Assembly: GCA_000004695.1 (NCBI GenBank)
Contig: CM000155.2
Location: forward strand, 32,001-96,000
DNA from: Dictyostelium discoideum
Taxonomy: Eukaryota
Direction of reading: 5' to 3'
Length of the DNA: 64,000 nucleotides
Position 1 is the stretch's first letter, and each line of letters starts with the position of its first letter. Under the pieces are notes generated by a model that saw only the letters and a program-made list of their open reading frames with translations, made no database searches and had not been told where the DNA came from. A program made the position numbers and the translations under genes. Positions 48,308 to 61,959 of the stretch are shown here, piece by piece.

Positions 48308-49780
48308 TTATTGAATACCATATTTTTTTATTGTATTATCATACCATCCCTTTCTAATTTGTTTATCTTTTTCTTTTAAATTTGACTTGAATATTTGTTT
48401 TGGATTTAAATCTAGTGGCCAAACAGGTAAATAGATTACTTTTTCAGGGTCATCAACAGTCATACCCTTTTTAAACATTTCAACACCAGCCCATGCAATC
48501 ATGGTTCCATTGTCATTACATAATTCGGGTCTTGGGAAATAGATTGGCAAATTATAACGTTTTCCAATATCATCTATTCTTTTTCTTAAATTATTATTCT
48601 TTGAAACACCTCCAGAAACTACAATTCCTTTTAGTGGTTCCCTTTTAATGATTTCTATTGCCGGAGGTTTACCACTTTTTGTTTTTGATGCTAATAATTC
48701 ATTTTTCTTTTGTTTTGGTGTTTTAAAATTATAATACCAATCTAATGACTTTTTAATTCTATGTTCTAAATGATTAAATGCAACATTTTGAAATGATGCT
48801 GCTAAATTACATTTATCAACGAATGATAATTCATTTTCATCTGTTATTAAATTATTTGTTTCTGTTGTTATTATTGTTGTTGTTGTTGTTGTTGTTGTTG
48901 TTTTTGTTGTTGTATTATTAGTTATTGATGATGATGAAGATGATTTTGATTTAATTTCTTTTACTAATCTTGCAAGTGAAGATTTTATACCAGAAAAAGA
49001 GAAATCACAATTATTTGAATCTTTCATTGGTAAAGTGAAATGATGACTATTTGGATCACCTTTTGAAGCTAAAATTTCAATAGCTTGACCGCCATGTATA
49101 TTCTCGATTAAAGATTGACCATCCCAAACTTGGCCATATGGACAACCCAAGATTCTTGCTGCTTTATCTAATGCTTCACCAATAGAATCATCCAATGTAT
49201 TGCCAATGAGTTGATATTTTGAAACATCATTACATATTAAAATTTGTGAATGTCCACCACTGACCAATACAATAAGAAATGGAAATTCAATTGAATGGTT
49301 TTCCATTCTAACCACTAAACTATGACCTTCCATATGGTTCACTGAACAGAATGGTTTTTTAAATTCTCTATACAATTGTTTGGCTTTGTTTAATCCAACT
49401 TCCAATGATTTACCCATACCTGGTCCCGTTGTAACCGCTATTACATCGATATCCTCCATTGTCATACCAGCTTTATCCAATGTTTTTTCAATGGCATTAT
49501 CAATCTCATTTTGATGTGCTTCAAATGCAATTGATGGTACAATTCCATTATGTACTTTATGTAATGACCATTGAGGTTTAGAATATTCTGCCATAATCTT
49601 TCCTTCACTATTTACAATGCCAATACTTGTATCATCACAACTAGTTTCAATACCAATAACATTAAATATTTTCTTATTATTAATATTATTATTATTAAGA
49701 CCACTGCCACTCATTTTACTATAATATTTTAGATTATTTTTATAAAAATTATTTTTAATTTTATAAATTGATCTTATCAT
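48308..49780 (-). CDS. tRNA N6-threonylcarbamoyladenosine (t6A) synthesis protein of the Kae1/TsaD family, Qri7/OSGEPL1-like, with an N-terminal extension; 490 aa, single exon.
   Basis: ATG at 49778-49780. It has VIGIETSCDDTSIGIV (TsaD N-terminal motif), then HxxGH-type metal-binding SVNHMEGH, LVVSGGVSKNNNLR and an ASKHD-fold C-terminus. There is an internal poly-T insert and a basic N-terminal extension consistent with mitochondrial targeting. Confidence 0.8.
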   Translation of the reverse strand: MIRSIYKIKNNFYKNNLKYYSKMSGSGLNNNNINNKKIFNVIGIETSCDDTSIGIVNSEGKIMAEYSKPQWSLHKVHNGIVPSIAFEAHQNEIDNAIEKTLDKAGMTMEDIDVIAVTTGPGMGKSLEVGLNKAKQLYREFKKPFCSVNHMEGHSLVVRMENHSIEFPFLIVLVSGGHSQILICNDVSKYQLIGNTLDDSIGEALDKAARILGCPYGQVWDGQSLIENIHGGQAIEILASKGDPNSHHFTLPMKDSNNCDFSFSGIKSSLARLVKEIKSKSSSSSSITNNTTTKTTTTTTTTTIITTETNNLITDENELSFVDKCNLAASFQNVAFNHLEHRIKKSLDWYYNFKTPKQKKNELLASKTKSGKPPAIEIIKREPLKGIVVSGGVSKNNNLRKRIDDIGKRYNLPIYFPRPELCNDNGTMIAWAGVEMFKKGMTVDDPEKVIYLPVWPLDLNPKQIFKSNLKEKDKQIRKGWYDNTIKKYGIQ

Positions 49781-49886
49781 TTCATTGATTTAGATGATTT
49801 TATTATTAAATTATTATCTGTTTTTGTTTGAAAAATTTTTAGCAAAATAAATTAAAAAAAAAAAAAAAAAAGGGAAAACAAGAAAA

Positions 49887-49925
<39 letters not shown>

Positions 49926-50188
49926 AAAATACTAAAAATTTATAAAAAAATAACTAATTCAATATCTTTATCAAATAATTTGGGTTTGGCCTATTTTTTT
50001 TTTATTATTTTTTTTTTTTTTTTTTTTCCAATACCTAAAATGAAAAAAAAACGAATCGATTGAAGAGTTTCATTCAAATAAATGGAAAAAATTAAAAAAA
50101 ATAAAAAAAAAAATAAAAAATAAAAAAAAAAAAAAAAATAAAAAAAAAAAAATAAAAAAAAAAAAATTTAGTCGGTTTTTGGGACTTG

Positions 50189-50223
<35 letters not shown>

Positions 50224-50692
50224 TTATTGTGGAATTCCTCTGTATCTCTATTTATATATATTTTTTTTTTTTTTTCTTTTAAATATTTAATATCAAAGCA
50301 AACATATACCTTATTAAGTTTAAAAATGTAAGTTTTATATCAAAAGTAATAATTTAAAAAATGATATTTCCCCACCCATTCAATATTTTTCTATAGTGAT
50401 TACCATTTTTTTTTTATTCTTTTTTTTTTTTTATTTCATCACAATTAAAATAATAATTGGTATAAGATAAATAATTTTTTTTATTTATTTTTTATTTTTT
50501 TTCTTTATTTATTAATTTTTTCACTTATTATAATAATAACAATAATAAACCTTAATACTATTTACTAACGATTTTTTTTCTTTTTTTTTTTTTTTCTTTT
50601 TTTTTTTTTTAAATTTTTTATTATTTTTTATTATTTTTTTAAAATAAATTTACAAAAAAAAAAAAAAAAAAGCGAATAAAAAGAAAAACACA

Positions 50693-51028
50693 ATGAATCT
50701 CCAACCAATTACCGATCTCTTAAAAGCATTAAACTCTGGTAATACAACCACTATTCAACAAGCTGAACAACTTTATGCAGATTATAAAAATCATCAACCA
50801 GATCAATTGGTTAACAGTTTCATTGTTTTAATAAGAACTTCTCAAGATGAATTAGTATGTATTTAATTCTTTTTATTACTATAGATTTTATTTTAGAAAA
50901 TTTCAAATTGATAGCAATATGGGGGATTTTTAGTATTAAATAGAAAATGAAATCAAATAATAGTTATAATACAAAAAAAAAATAATAAATAGATCTTAAT
51001 AATCTAATTTATATCCTTTTTTTTTTTT

Positions 51029-51071
<43 letters not shown>

Positions 51072-52775
51072 CCCTACCAAATAATAAATAAATAAACAAA
51101 TCAAATAGCTAAGATCATATCCACCAGTTTTACTTAGAACATTAGTTAATGGTAATGATTCAGGTAACATTTTAAAGGGTTTAAAACCAGAAACACTTGT
51201 TACTTTAAAGACAGAGTTAATGTTTGCAGTTAGAGAAGAACCAAAGAATCATATTAGACATTCAATTCTCAATGTTATTGCAATTCTTGCAATTCAACTC
51301 GTTCCAGAACAAAAATGGCCAGAGATCTTAAGCTTCATCATTGAATCATCATCATCACCAGAAGAAAACCTCAGAGAATCATCATTCTATTTAATTGGTG
51401 CAATCATTGACGATTCTCGTGTTGCTGAAACACTCGCTCCACATTTTGATAAATTTGCTCTTTTAGTCGAAAAAGGTTTAAATGATCCATCAGCAAAGGT
51501 CCAAGTTTCTGCCCTTGAAACTGTCTCAACTTTTATTGATGCAAACCCTGAAAAAGCTGAAGTTTTCAAACCATTAATTCCAGCAATGTTAAATGTGTGT
51601 ATATTTTTTTTTTTTAAAAATTTAAAAGATATGGTGATTTAACTTTTTTTTTTTTTTTTTCTTTCTTTCTTCTTCTTTATTTTCCCAGACCATTCAAAAA
51701 ACCATTGAATCAAACCTCGAAAAAGAAGCCCAAAAAGGAATTCTTACATTTATCATTATCGCACAATACCACTCTGATTGGTTCAAGACCAACTTTGATA
51801 TGATCTTTAAAGTATTTTTCCAATTCCTTGAACATCAATCACTCGAAGATGAAACTAAACATGCATGCTTACACTTTTTCCTTACTTTTGCCGAATTCAA
51901 ATCAAGTATCATGAAGAAAAAGTTATATTTAGAACCAATTGTTTTACTCTTATTAAAATGGATGTCAAGTGTTGAAGATATGGATCTTAAAGATTGGAAT
52001 TCTTTAGTAAGTTTTTTAAAATCATTTATTGTTGTTGTTATATTTTCTTTATTAATAATAAAAAAAAAAAAAACAAAACAAAATTATAGGATACAGAACC
52101 ATCAGATGATGACGATAGCAATGTTGCATTTGAAGCTATTGAAGCATTATCACATTGTGTCAGTAAAGGTTTATGGGAATTCTTTTTACAATGTGCACCA
52201 ACTTTACTCAACTCTGGTAATTGGAAAGAACGTTATACTGGTTTAATGACCCTTTCAAGTATTTCAGAAGGTTGTGAAAAACAAATCAAAACAAATTTCA
52301 AACTTATTATTCAGTATGTACTCATCAGAATCATCATATAGTTTTTAAAGAGAAAGCTAATAATTAATTAATTTTTTTATTATTATTATTATTTTAGATC
52401 AATCCTTCCATTAGCAAATGATTCACATCCACGTGTTCGTTTCGCATTTTTCTATTGTTTAGGTTCATTTGCATCATACCTTAAACGTGAAATGCAAGAT
52501 TTATACAAAACTTTAATTCCAGTTTCATTAGAACATCTCAATGACCCATTCCCAAGAGTTACCATTTCAAATTGTGAATTTTTAACATTATTCCTTGATG
52601 AAATTAAACCAAACAGAGTCAAAGAATTCAAAGATCAATTCTTAGGAAGATTATCACCACTCTTACAAAATGAAAACTACAAAATCGTTCAACATTCTTT
52701 GAATGCTTTCTCATCTGTTGTTGATGGTATTGGTGAAGAATTTACTCAAGTAAGTTAAATTTCATTTTATCAAAT

Positions 52776-52843
<68 letters not shown>

Positions 52844-54689
52844 ATATTGTTATTGGTGTGAATTATCATTATTGTTGTTTTAATTAAACACTAGTGTTAT
52901 TAACATTTATTTTATTTTAAAATTTATAGCATTACTCTGAAATTATGCCATTTTTAATTAAAATCCTCAGAACTCAAACATCAGTTGAAACTAAAACACT
53001 CCGTGGTAGAGCCATTGAAACCATCTCTTTAGTAGGTCTTGCTGTAGGTAAAAAAGTATTTTTAAATGATTGTATTCAAATCATTCAATACGTTTCATCT
53101 TTAGAGAAATTCAAAGATGACGATCCACAAGTTGATTTCTTTTTAAGAGCATTCACTCGTTTCGCCCAATGTCTTGGTGAAGATTTCATTCCATACCTTA
53201 AATACTCTATGAGTCCATTAATGGATGCTATCAATGGTAAAGTTGACAGTTCCGTTGAAAATGGTGAAGATTTTAGTGATGAAAGTGTAAGTGTGACCCA
53301 TTGTTTATTATTAATTATTATTTTTTTGGAAAAAAAAAAATTATTAAAATTTTTATTTTTTTTTATTTATTTATTTATTTATAGAATAACTCTGGTTCAA
53401 TTGTTATGGAAAATAAAGCAATGGCATTAGAAATGGTATCAATTTATGCAATGGAATTAAAACATCATTTATTCCCATATGTCGAACAATTATATAAAGG
53501 ATCAATTGAATTAGTTGATTTCCCATTTAGTAGTTTAGTTGCAATTCAAGCAGTTAATCTTATTCCATTTTTGGTAAAGATTTCAAAACAACACTTTGAA
53601 GCCGTTGGTGGCCTTAAAGATGGTATGAAAGCTGAATTCACCAGTAGATTATTCTTGGATTCATATGAACGTATGGCTGCTTCCATTAAAACTGAATCTG
53701 AACCAGATACCCTCTCTGCTAAATTAAAAGCATTGTCTGATCTCATGGATATTGGTGGTCAATGTGAACAAGCTGATAGAATTCTTAGTCTCACCTTTGA
53801 AGTTGCCAATGAATCTTTCGGTACCCTCCAAGAGTTGGAAACTGAATATCAAGAAAATATCGATGAAGAGGATGAAGATGCTGATGAATCACCAGAAAGA
53901 GAGATCATTGATGATGCCTACAATAGTTTAGCAATGGTATTGGGTGAAGTTTGCATTCAATTCAAAGAAAAAGCCGTCCCTTACATTGCTACCGTCTTAC
54001 CAGCCATGATTGAACTCATTGAAACTGCTCCATCCGTTGAAATTAAAACCTCTATGATTTGCATTCTCGATGATCTCATTGAAAATGGTGGTCAAAAAGC
54101 TTTTGAACTCTATCCACACATCATTAAGCCAATGATGAATTGTACCTTACCAAATCTTGATCCATCACTCATACAAAGCGCTGTTTTTGGTATTGGTTTG
54201 GCCGCTGAAAATGGTAAAGATTATTTCACTCCATTCTTAATGGAATCACTTCAACTCATCAACAACGTCATTGTCTCTGTAAATAGTGTTCAAGAGCAAG
54301 ACGATGATTTAATTGCTGCTAGAGATAACGCAATCTCTGCTATGGGTAGAATCATCACAAATCTTCCACAACATTTAGGTAACAATTTCCCACAAACTAT
54401 TGCCCTTTGGTTAAGTTATCTCCCAATTCAAGATGATGGTGAAGCAGGTTCAATCATTAAATCTTTATGTACTTTGATTCGTGACTTTAGTCAACAAATT
54501 ATGACCCAACAATATATCGTTAAAGTTTTGGAAATCATTGCCGTAGGTCTCCATAAAAAAGCTGTCAACCCTGATGATAAACAAATCATCTCTTTGGCTC
54601 TTCGTTCTCAAGAATCTTTAGTCGCTCAATCCCTTTTCCAATTATCTGCTGAAAACCAAGCTATCCTTGCAAACTTTTTCAAAAATTAA
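50693..54689 (+). CDS. Importin beta-3 / RanBP5 / Kap121-type karyopherin, 7 exons: 50693..50854, 51109..51594, 51689..52006, 52090..52313, 52398..52749, 52930..53286 and 53385..54689; about 1067 aa.
   Basis: The blocks run in order along the human IPO5 sequence: PPVLLRTLV (AAVLLRRLL), KWPEILSFIIESSSS (QWPEGLKFLFDSVSS), WKERYTGLMTLSSISEGC (WKYRHAGLMALSAIGEGC), DSHPRVRFAFFYCLG (DPHPRVRYAACNAVG) and LRGRAIETISLVGLAVGKK (LRGKTIECISLIGLAVGKE). The donors are GTATGT/GTGTGT/GTAAGT, all phases are consistent, and intron 5 contains (CAT)19. Confidence 0.8.
52787..52843 (+). repeat. (CAT)19 microsatellite inside intron 5 of the importin gene
   Basis: catcatcat... lies between the GTAAGT donor at 52750 and the acceptor at 52928-52929. 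Confidence 0.85.
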
Positions 54690-55605
54690 ACATTGAAAGG
54701 AAAAAGAATAATAAAAAAAAAAAAACAAAATTTAAAATAAAAGATAAAAAAAATAATAAAATAAAAATTTCATTTGTGTAGTTTATTAATTTCATTGGTT
54801 TTTAAATAAAAATAATTTAAAAATTTTAATTAAAAATAATAATTATAATAAAAACAAAATGATCAGATCATTTTAAATTTTATGAATAAAATTTTTTTTT
54901 TTTTTTTTATTTTCTTATTTTTTTTTTTATTCAAAAATAGCTATTAAATGACTTCCTTATGAAATAATATCATGGAAATTGGTCTTAGAGGGGTTTTGGT
55001 TAATCTCAAGGAAAAAAAAAAAAAAAAAAATCAATTATTGACACAAAGGTATGAGTTTCTTCATAAACGACCAATTTTACAATTTAATAATTAAAAAAAA
55101 AATAATTAAAATTAATAAAATAAAATTTATTATTAACCACCTAAAAAAAAGAAAAAAATTATCTTTGTGTAAATTTACACACAAGAAGTGACTTTACGAT
55201 AGCCAATGGAATCTCTTTTTGATTTTTTTTTTTTTTCCAAAAAAAAAAAATCTTTTAAGATTTATTCTCAATGAATAAAGGTACCAACCACTGTTGTAAA
55301 AAATTTTTTATAAAAAAAAAAAATAAAATAAATTTAACCCCAACACAGTTTTTTTTTTTTTTTGATAAATTTGCAGATTTAAAAAAAAAGTTTGATTAAC
55401 AATTTTATTTTTATTTTTTTTATTTATTTTTTTTTTTTTAATAAATTTATTTTTTCATTTGATATATTTTCCAAATCTTTTTTTTATTTTTTTATTATTT
55501 TATTTTATAAGCTTTGAAGGTAAGAAATTTAATTAAATAAATTTTTAAAATCTTAATAAAAATTAGTGTTAATTTTTTTTTAAATCTTTTTTTTAATAAT
55601 AGAAA

Positions 55606-55911
55606 ATGAGAGAATTTTTAAAAGATGATTATGATGTAATAGTTTGTGGTGGTGGTCCAGTTGGTATGTTAATTAATTTTTAATTTTATTCATTTATTTT
55701 TGTTATTAATGAAAAAAAAATAATAATAATAATAAAAATAATAATTATAAAAATAATAATAATTTAGGTTTGGCTACTGCATACAGATGTGCCAAAGCTG
55801 GAAAGAAAGTACTTTGTCTCGAAAAATCAGTATTCTTTAATGGAGGTGGTAGTAGTGGTGATGTTGTTAGAATGTTACGTACAATGTACACTGAAGATTA
55901 TGTAAAGTGTT

Positions 55912-55957
<46 letters not shown>

Positions 55958-58900
55958 GAAATAAATAAAATTTAAAATTGTACTAATAAATTTACTTTAT
56001 TTTTAGATGGCCGATTTAGCACATGAAACCCTTGGACTCTGGAAAGAACTTGGTGATGATGCTGGTGAAGGTGATTTAGTTTGGATGACAGGTCTCCTAA
56101 ATTTTGGTGATCCAAATTATGGTGCAGGTGGTCCAGAAGGTACTTTATTAGGACCAATTCCAAATTTAGAGAGATTGGGTATGCAATACAAAGTGTTAAC
56201 TGCTCAAGAAATTATGGAAGAGTATCCATTTAGAAACATTCCATCCAATCACCAAGGTGTTTTTGCTCCAGACAATGGTGTTATCAATTTACCATTGGTA
56301 TTACGTTCTCTTTACAAGTTATGTTTACAATATGGTTGTAAAATGGTAAGCCATGCAGAAGTTAAACTTATTAAAAATCTTAGCACAACAATGGTTGAAA
56401 TTGAAGTTGAACACACCGATGTTGACCAAAAAAATAAACAATCCTTCAAAGTTAAAAGTAAAAAAGCTGCCATTACCAGTAATAGTTTCTGTAATCATAT
56501 TATTAAACCATCATTTGGATGGGAATTAGATATGACCATTTGGGAAATGACTTCAAGTTATTTCGTTGCAAAACCAGGTCCAAATGCAACTGGTAAGTTT
56601 GTTTTATCTATATATTAGTTTATTTATGTATTTTTTTATAAAATTTATTAATATCTTTTAATTTAATTTTTAGTTTTCAAAAGTATGTGGTTCAATTTCC
56701 AAAATGATACTGATAATGACCCAACAAAATCAAATTTATACTACGGTTTCCCAGCTGTACCATGGATGACTGATAACCATTGTAGAATTGCATTGGATGC
56801 AGCATTACGTCAAATTAAAGATCCAAACGATCGTCATGATGGTGTTGAAACTCATGATGTTAATCGTACTCGTGACTGGGTTAGAGAACATATTCCAGGT
56901 GTTGACGATACTCCACTCTTTAACGTTAGTGCACTCATGGCAAATGTTTATGATAATATGTTTGTTTTAGATTTTATCCCAGAAACTAATAATAACGTTG
57001 TCATGTTTGCATGTGGTTGGGCTATGAAATTTATTCCATTATTAGGTAAAATTCTCAGTCAATTGCTTGATGAAGGTAAAACCCAATATCCAATCGATCA
57101 TTTTGCATTAAATCGTGGTAATGGTGCATTAATTATCAAAGAAGGTCAAACACCAAAGTCTGTTAATAGCCAAGTTAGAGCACCACGTTATACCTCTATG
57201 CATTGTAAACCATTAACTATTGCCAAATCAACTGTACCAACAAATCAATCATCAAATCCAGATGGTGCTTCTTCAACTGCTCCAACTCAATCTTTAAGAT
57301 CATTGTTTGCTAGCAGACTTTTACAAAGAAGTGTTGGTATGGAAGCTAAATTCCATTCAATCATTGCCAAGAATAGAAGCAAACGTTCAACCAAAGCCTC
57401 TCAAAAGGATTTGACCGTTGGTATTATCGGTGCTGGTATGGCTGGTTTATATGCAGCTATGATTCTCCAAGATTTAGGTCTCCAATATAACATTTTGGAA
57501 GCCAATAAAGAGAGAGTTGGTGGTAGAATCTACACCTATAGATTCCCACAAAATCAAGATAAATATCAAACCGTTGAACTTGGTGCAATGAGATTCCCAA
57601 AGATTGAAATTATGGATAGACTCTTAAATCTTGATAAACCTTGGTCACTCTTTTCCAAATTAGAAAAAGCTGGTCACAAAATCCCAACCATCCCATATCA
57701 TCTCACAGTTGATAACAATTTGGTTTATTACAATGGTAAGAGAATCTTTGCCAATACCTTGTTGAATGATGATCCACTTTACTTTAGTGATACTCACAAT
57801 GGCGGCCCAGGTACAGCTGTTCCAGACAAGTATACCTATCAACCATATGGTGACTTATTGGATGCCGTTTATAAGAAATTCTCTGATGACTTGGAAAATG
57901 ATTTCGAAAGTGGTTTTGAAACCCTCTTAAAATCAGATAACTATTCAACCAGAGCTTATTTATTCGAAAAAGGTCCATATCCACAATCAGTTGTCAACTA
58001 TCTTGAAACTATGGACACTGGTACAGGTTTATATGATATGGCATTCTCTGAAACCATTATGGATTATTTCGATTTCAGTGCAGGTGATGAATGGTTATGT
58101 ATTGATGGTGGTACAGATATTATTGTCAATTCTATGGTTAAAACTTTAAGACCAGGTTGTATTGAACAAGGTAAAGTTGTAACCAAAGTTTCTAGAGTAG
58201 TAGGAAAGAGTGGTGATGTTAGCAATTTGAAAGTTGATTTCCTCGATGGAACTGAAGGTCGTTTATTCAAACATGTCATTAGTACTGGTACATTGGCATC
58301 ATTACGTAGAGTTGATTTAAGTGATTTGAAATTATCGCACAATAAGAGAACTGCAATTCGTTCTCTTCATTATGATCACTCTGTAAAGATTGCCCTTTCT
58401 TTCAAATCAAGATGGTGGGAAGATTCCAAATTCATGAATGGTAAACCAATGCTCGGTGGTAAATCATCAACAGATCTTCCAGTTCGTACCATCGTCTATC
58501 CATCCTATGGTATTGGTCAACCAGGTGTTAGTGGTGTTTTAATCGTTTCTTACACTTGGAGTTTAGATGCATCCAGAATTGGTAGTTTGGTTGGTGATAG
58601 ACCAAGTGAAGAGGTCTTAATCAAATTATGTATGGCCAATCTTGCTGAAGTTCACAATGTTCCAGTCGCTACCCTCCAACAATTATTTGTTGATTACAAA
58701 TGTTGGGATTGGTATAATGATGATTATTCATCAGGTGCATTTGCTCTCTACAGTCCATCACAATTCTCTCAATTGTTCCCATCACTTACTAAACCATCAC
58801 CAGATGGTAGATTCCATTTAGCTGGTGAAGCAACATCTGTTCATCATGGTTGGGTCATTGGTTCTCTTAACTCTGCCTATCGTTCAGTCGATCACATTCT

Positions 58901-59138
58901 TCAAGTTGAAGGTCTTGATGAGTTACGTGCCAAATTACGTCTCAATTGGGGTTTCATCGATGAAGTTGAAGATCCTCAAGATGATCAACAATATGTTGAC
59001 CCACATCACAATTTAAGTGGTCCAAATGCTAAAAAATTCAGATCAAATGTATCACAAGTTGCCATTCAACCAAGATTCAAAGCTCCAAGAAACTTTAAAC
59101 CAAGAAATACTGCTGCTAGTATTGGTGGTCTTAAATAA
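55606..59138 (+). CDS. Two-domain flavoprotein: an N-terminal monomeric-sarcosine-oxidase-like (DAO family) domain fused to a C-terminal L-amino-acid-oxidase-like flavin amine oxidase. 4 exons: 55606..55663, 55768..55901, 56007..56592 and 56674..59138; about 1080 aa.
   Basis: Exons 1-3 plus the first roughly 170 codons of exon 4 follow MSOX: DVIVCGGGPVG|LATAYRCAKAGKKVLCLEK (dinucleotide fold), ..LYYGFPAVP.., ..VVMFACGWAMKFIPLLGKILSQLL..FALNRG (MSOX GFSGHGFKF..FSINRP). After an 85-aa linker the same exon encodes VGIIGAGMAGLYAAMILQ..LEANKERVGGRIYTY..LGAMRFP (LAAO GxGxxG plus EAxxRxGGR), then HYDHSVKIALSFKSRWWED..GGKSSTDLPVRTIVYP (snake/fungal LAAO [34 protein letters not shown]) and LAGEATSVHHGWVIGSLNSA (FAGEYTAQAHGWIDSTIKSG). 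Confidence 0.75.
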
Positions 59139-59315
59139 ATCAAAACCAATTGTCATTTATTAAATGAATTTTTTTTTTTTTAGAAAAAAAAAATAATAAT
59201 AGTAATAATAAAAAAAGTAATAATAAAAATAGTAATAATAATAATAAAAACAAGGAAATTTACAAAAAAAAAAAAAAGTATTAATAAAAATTAAAAAATT
59301 ATAACATAGTTGATT

Positions 59316-59348
<33 letters not shown>

Positions 59349-59357
59349 TATTTTATT

Positions 59358-60992
<1,635 letters not shown>

Positions 60993-61101
60993 ATTATATA
61001 TAAATATTTTATAAACATATGTTAGATTGAAATAATATATAGATTTACTGTAAATCGATTTGGTTTCGCTGTGTTGTTGTGTGTATACTGTTGTTAATCT
61101 A

Positions 61102-61240
<139 letters not shown>

Positions 61241-61658
61241 GATATTATTATTATTAATATCATCTTTTTAATATAACTAATTCTTTTATTTTATTTTTAA
61301 AAAACTTTTTATTATTATTTATTGCATTTTATTAAAAAAAAAAAAAATTATTATAATTATATTATTTTTCGATTTATTGGTGAATTTTATTTTTTTTTTT
61401 ATTATTTTTTTAATTATCATTATTTTGTTCTAGTTATCGATATGTTATTTTTTTTTTTTTTTTATTTTTAGAAAATTTTTTATAAATTTACAGGTAAGAA
61501 TTTTTTGGTGCAAAAACTTCTGTTTATTGAAACCACTCCTCTAATTGAGGGTGTAAGTTTGGATAATGACTTTAACATATTTTATTCTATTCTATTTATA
61601 CACAACCAAACAACAAACAACAAATTGAATCGACTGAAATGAAAAAAAAAAAAAAAAA

Positions 61659-61708
<50 letters not shown>

Positions 61709-61959
61709 TTGAGTCAATTTAAAAAATAAAATAAAAAAATATAAAAAAAAAAAAAATAAAAAAAATAAATAAAAATAAAAACAAAAAGTTAAAAATGAAT
61801 TTGGAGATTCTTAATTTTTCATCTTAAAAAGAAAAAAGAAAAAAAAAAAAATAAAAAATAAAAAATAAAAAATAAAAAATTTGTTTTAATACCACTTTTC
61901 CAAAATTTTATTTTTATGTGTTTTTAAAAAATAAAAAAAAATAAATACATATATAAATT

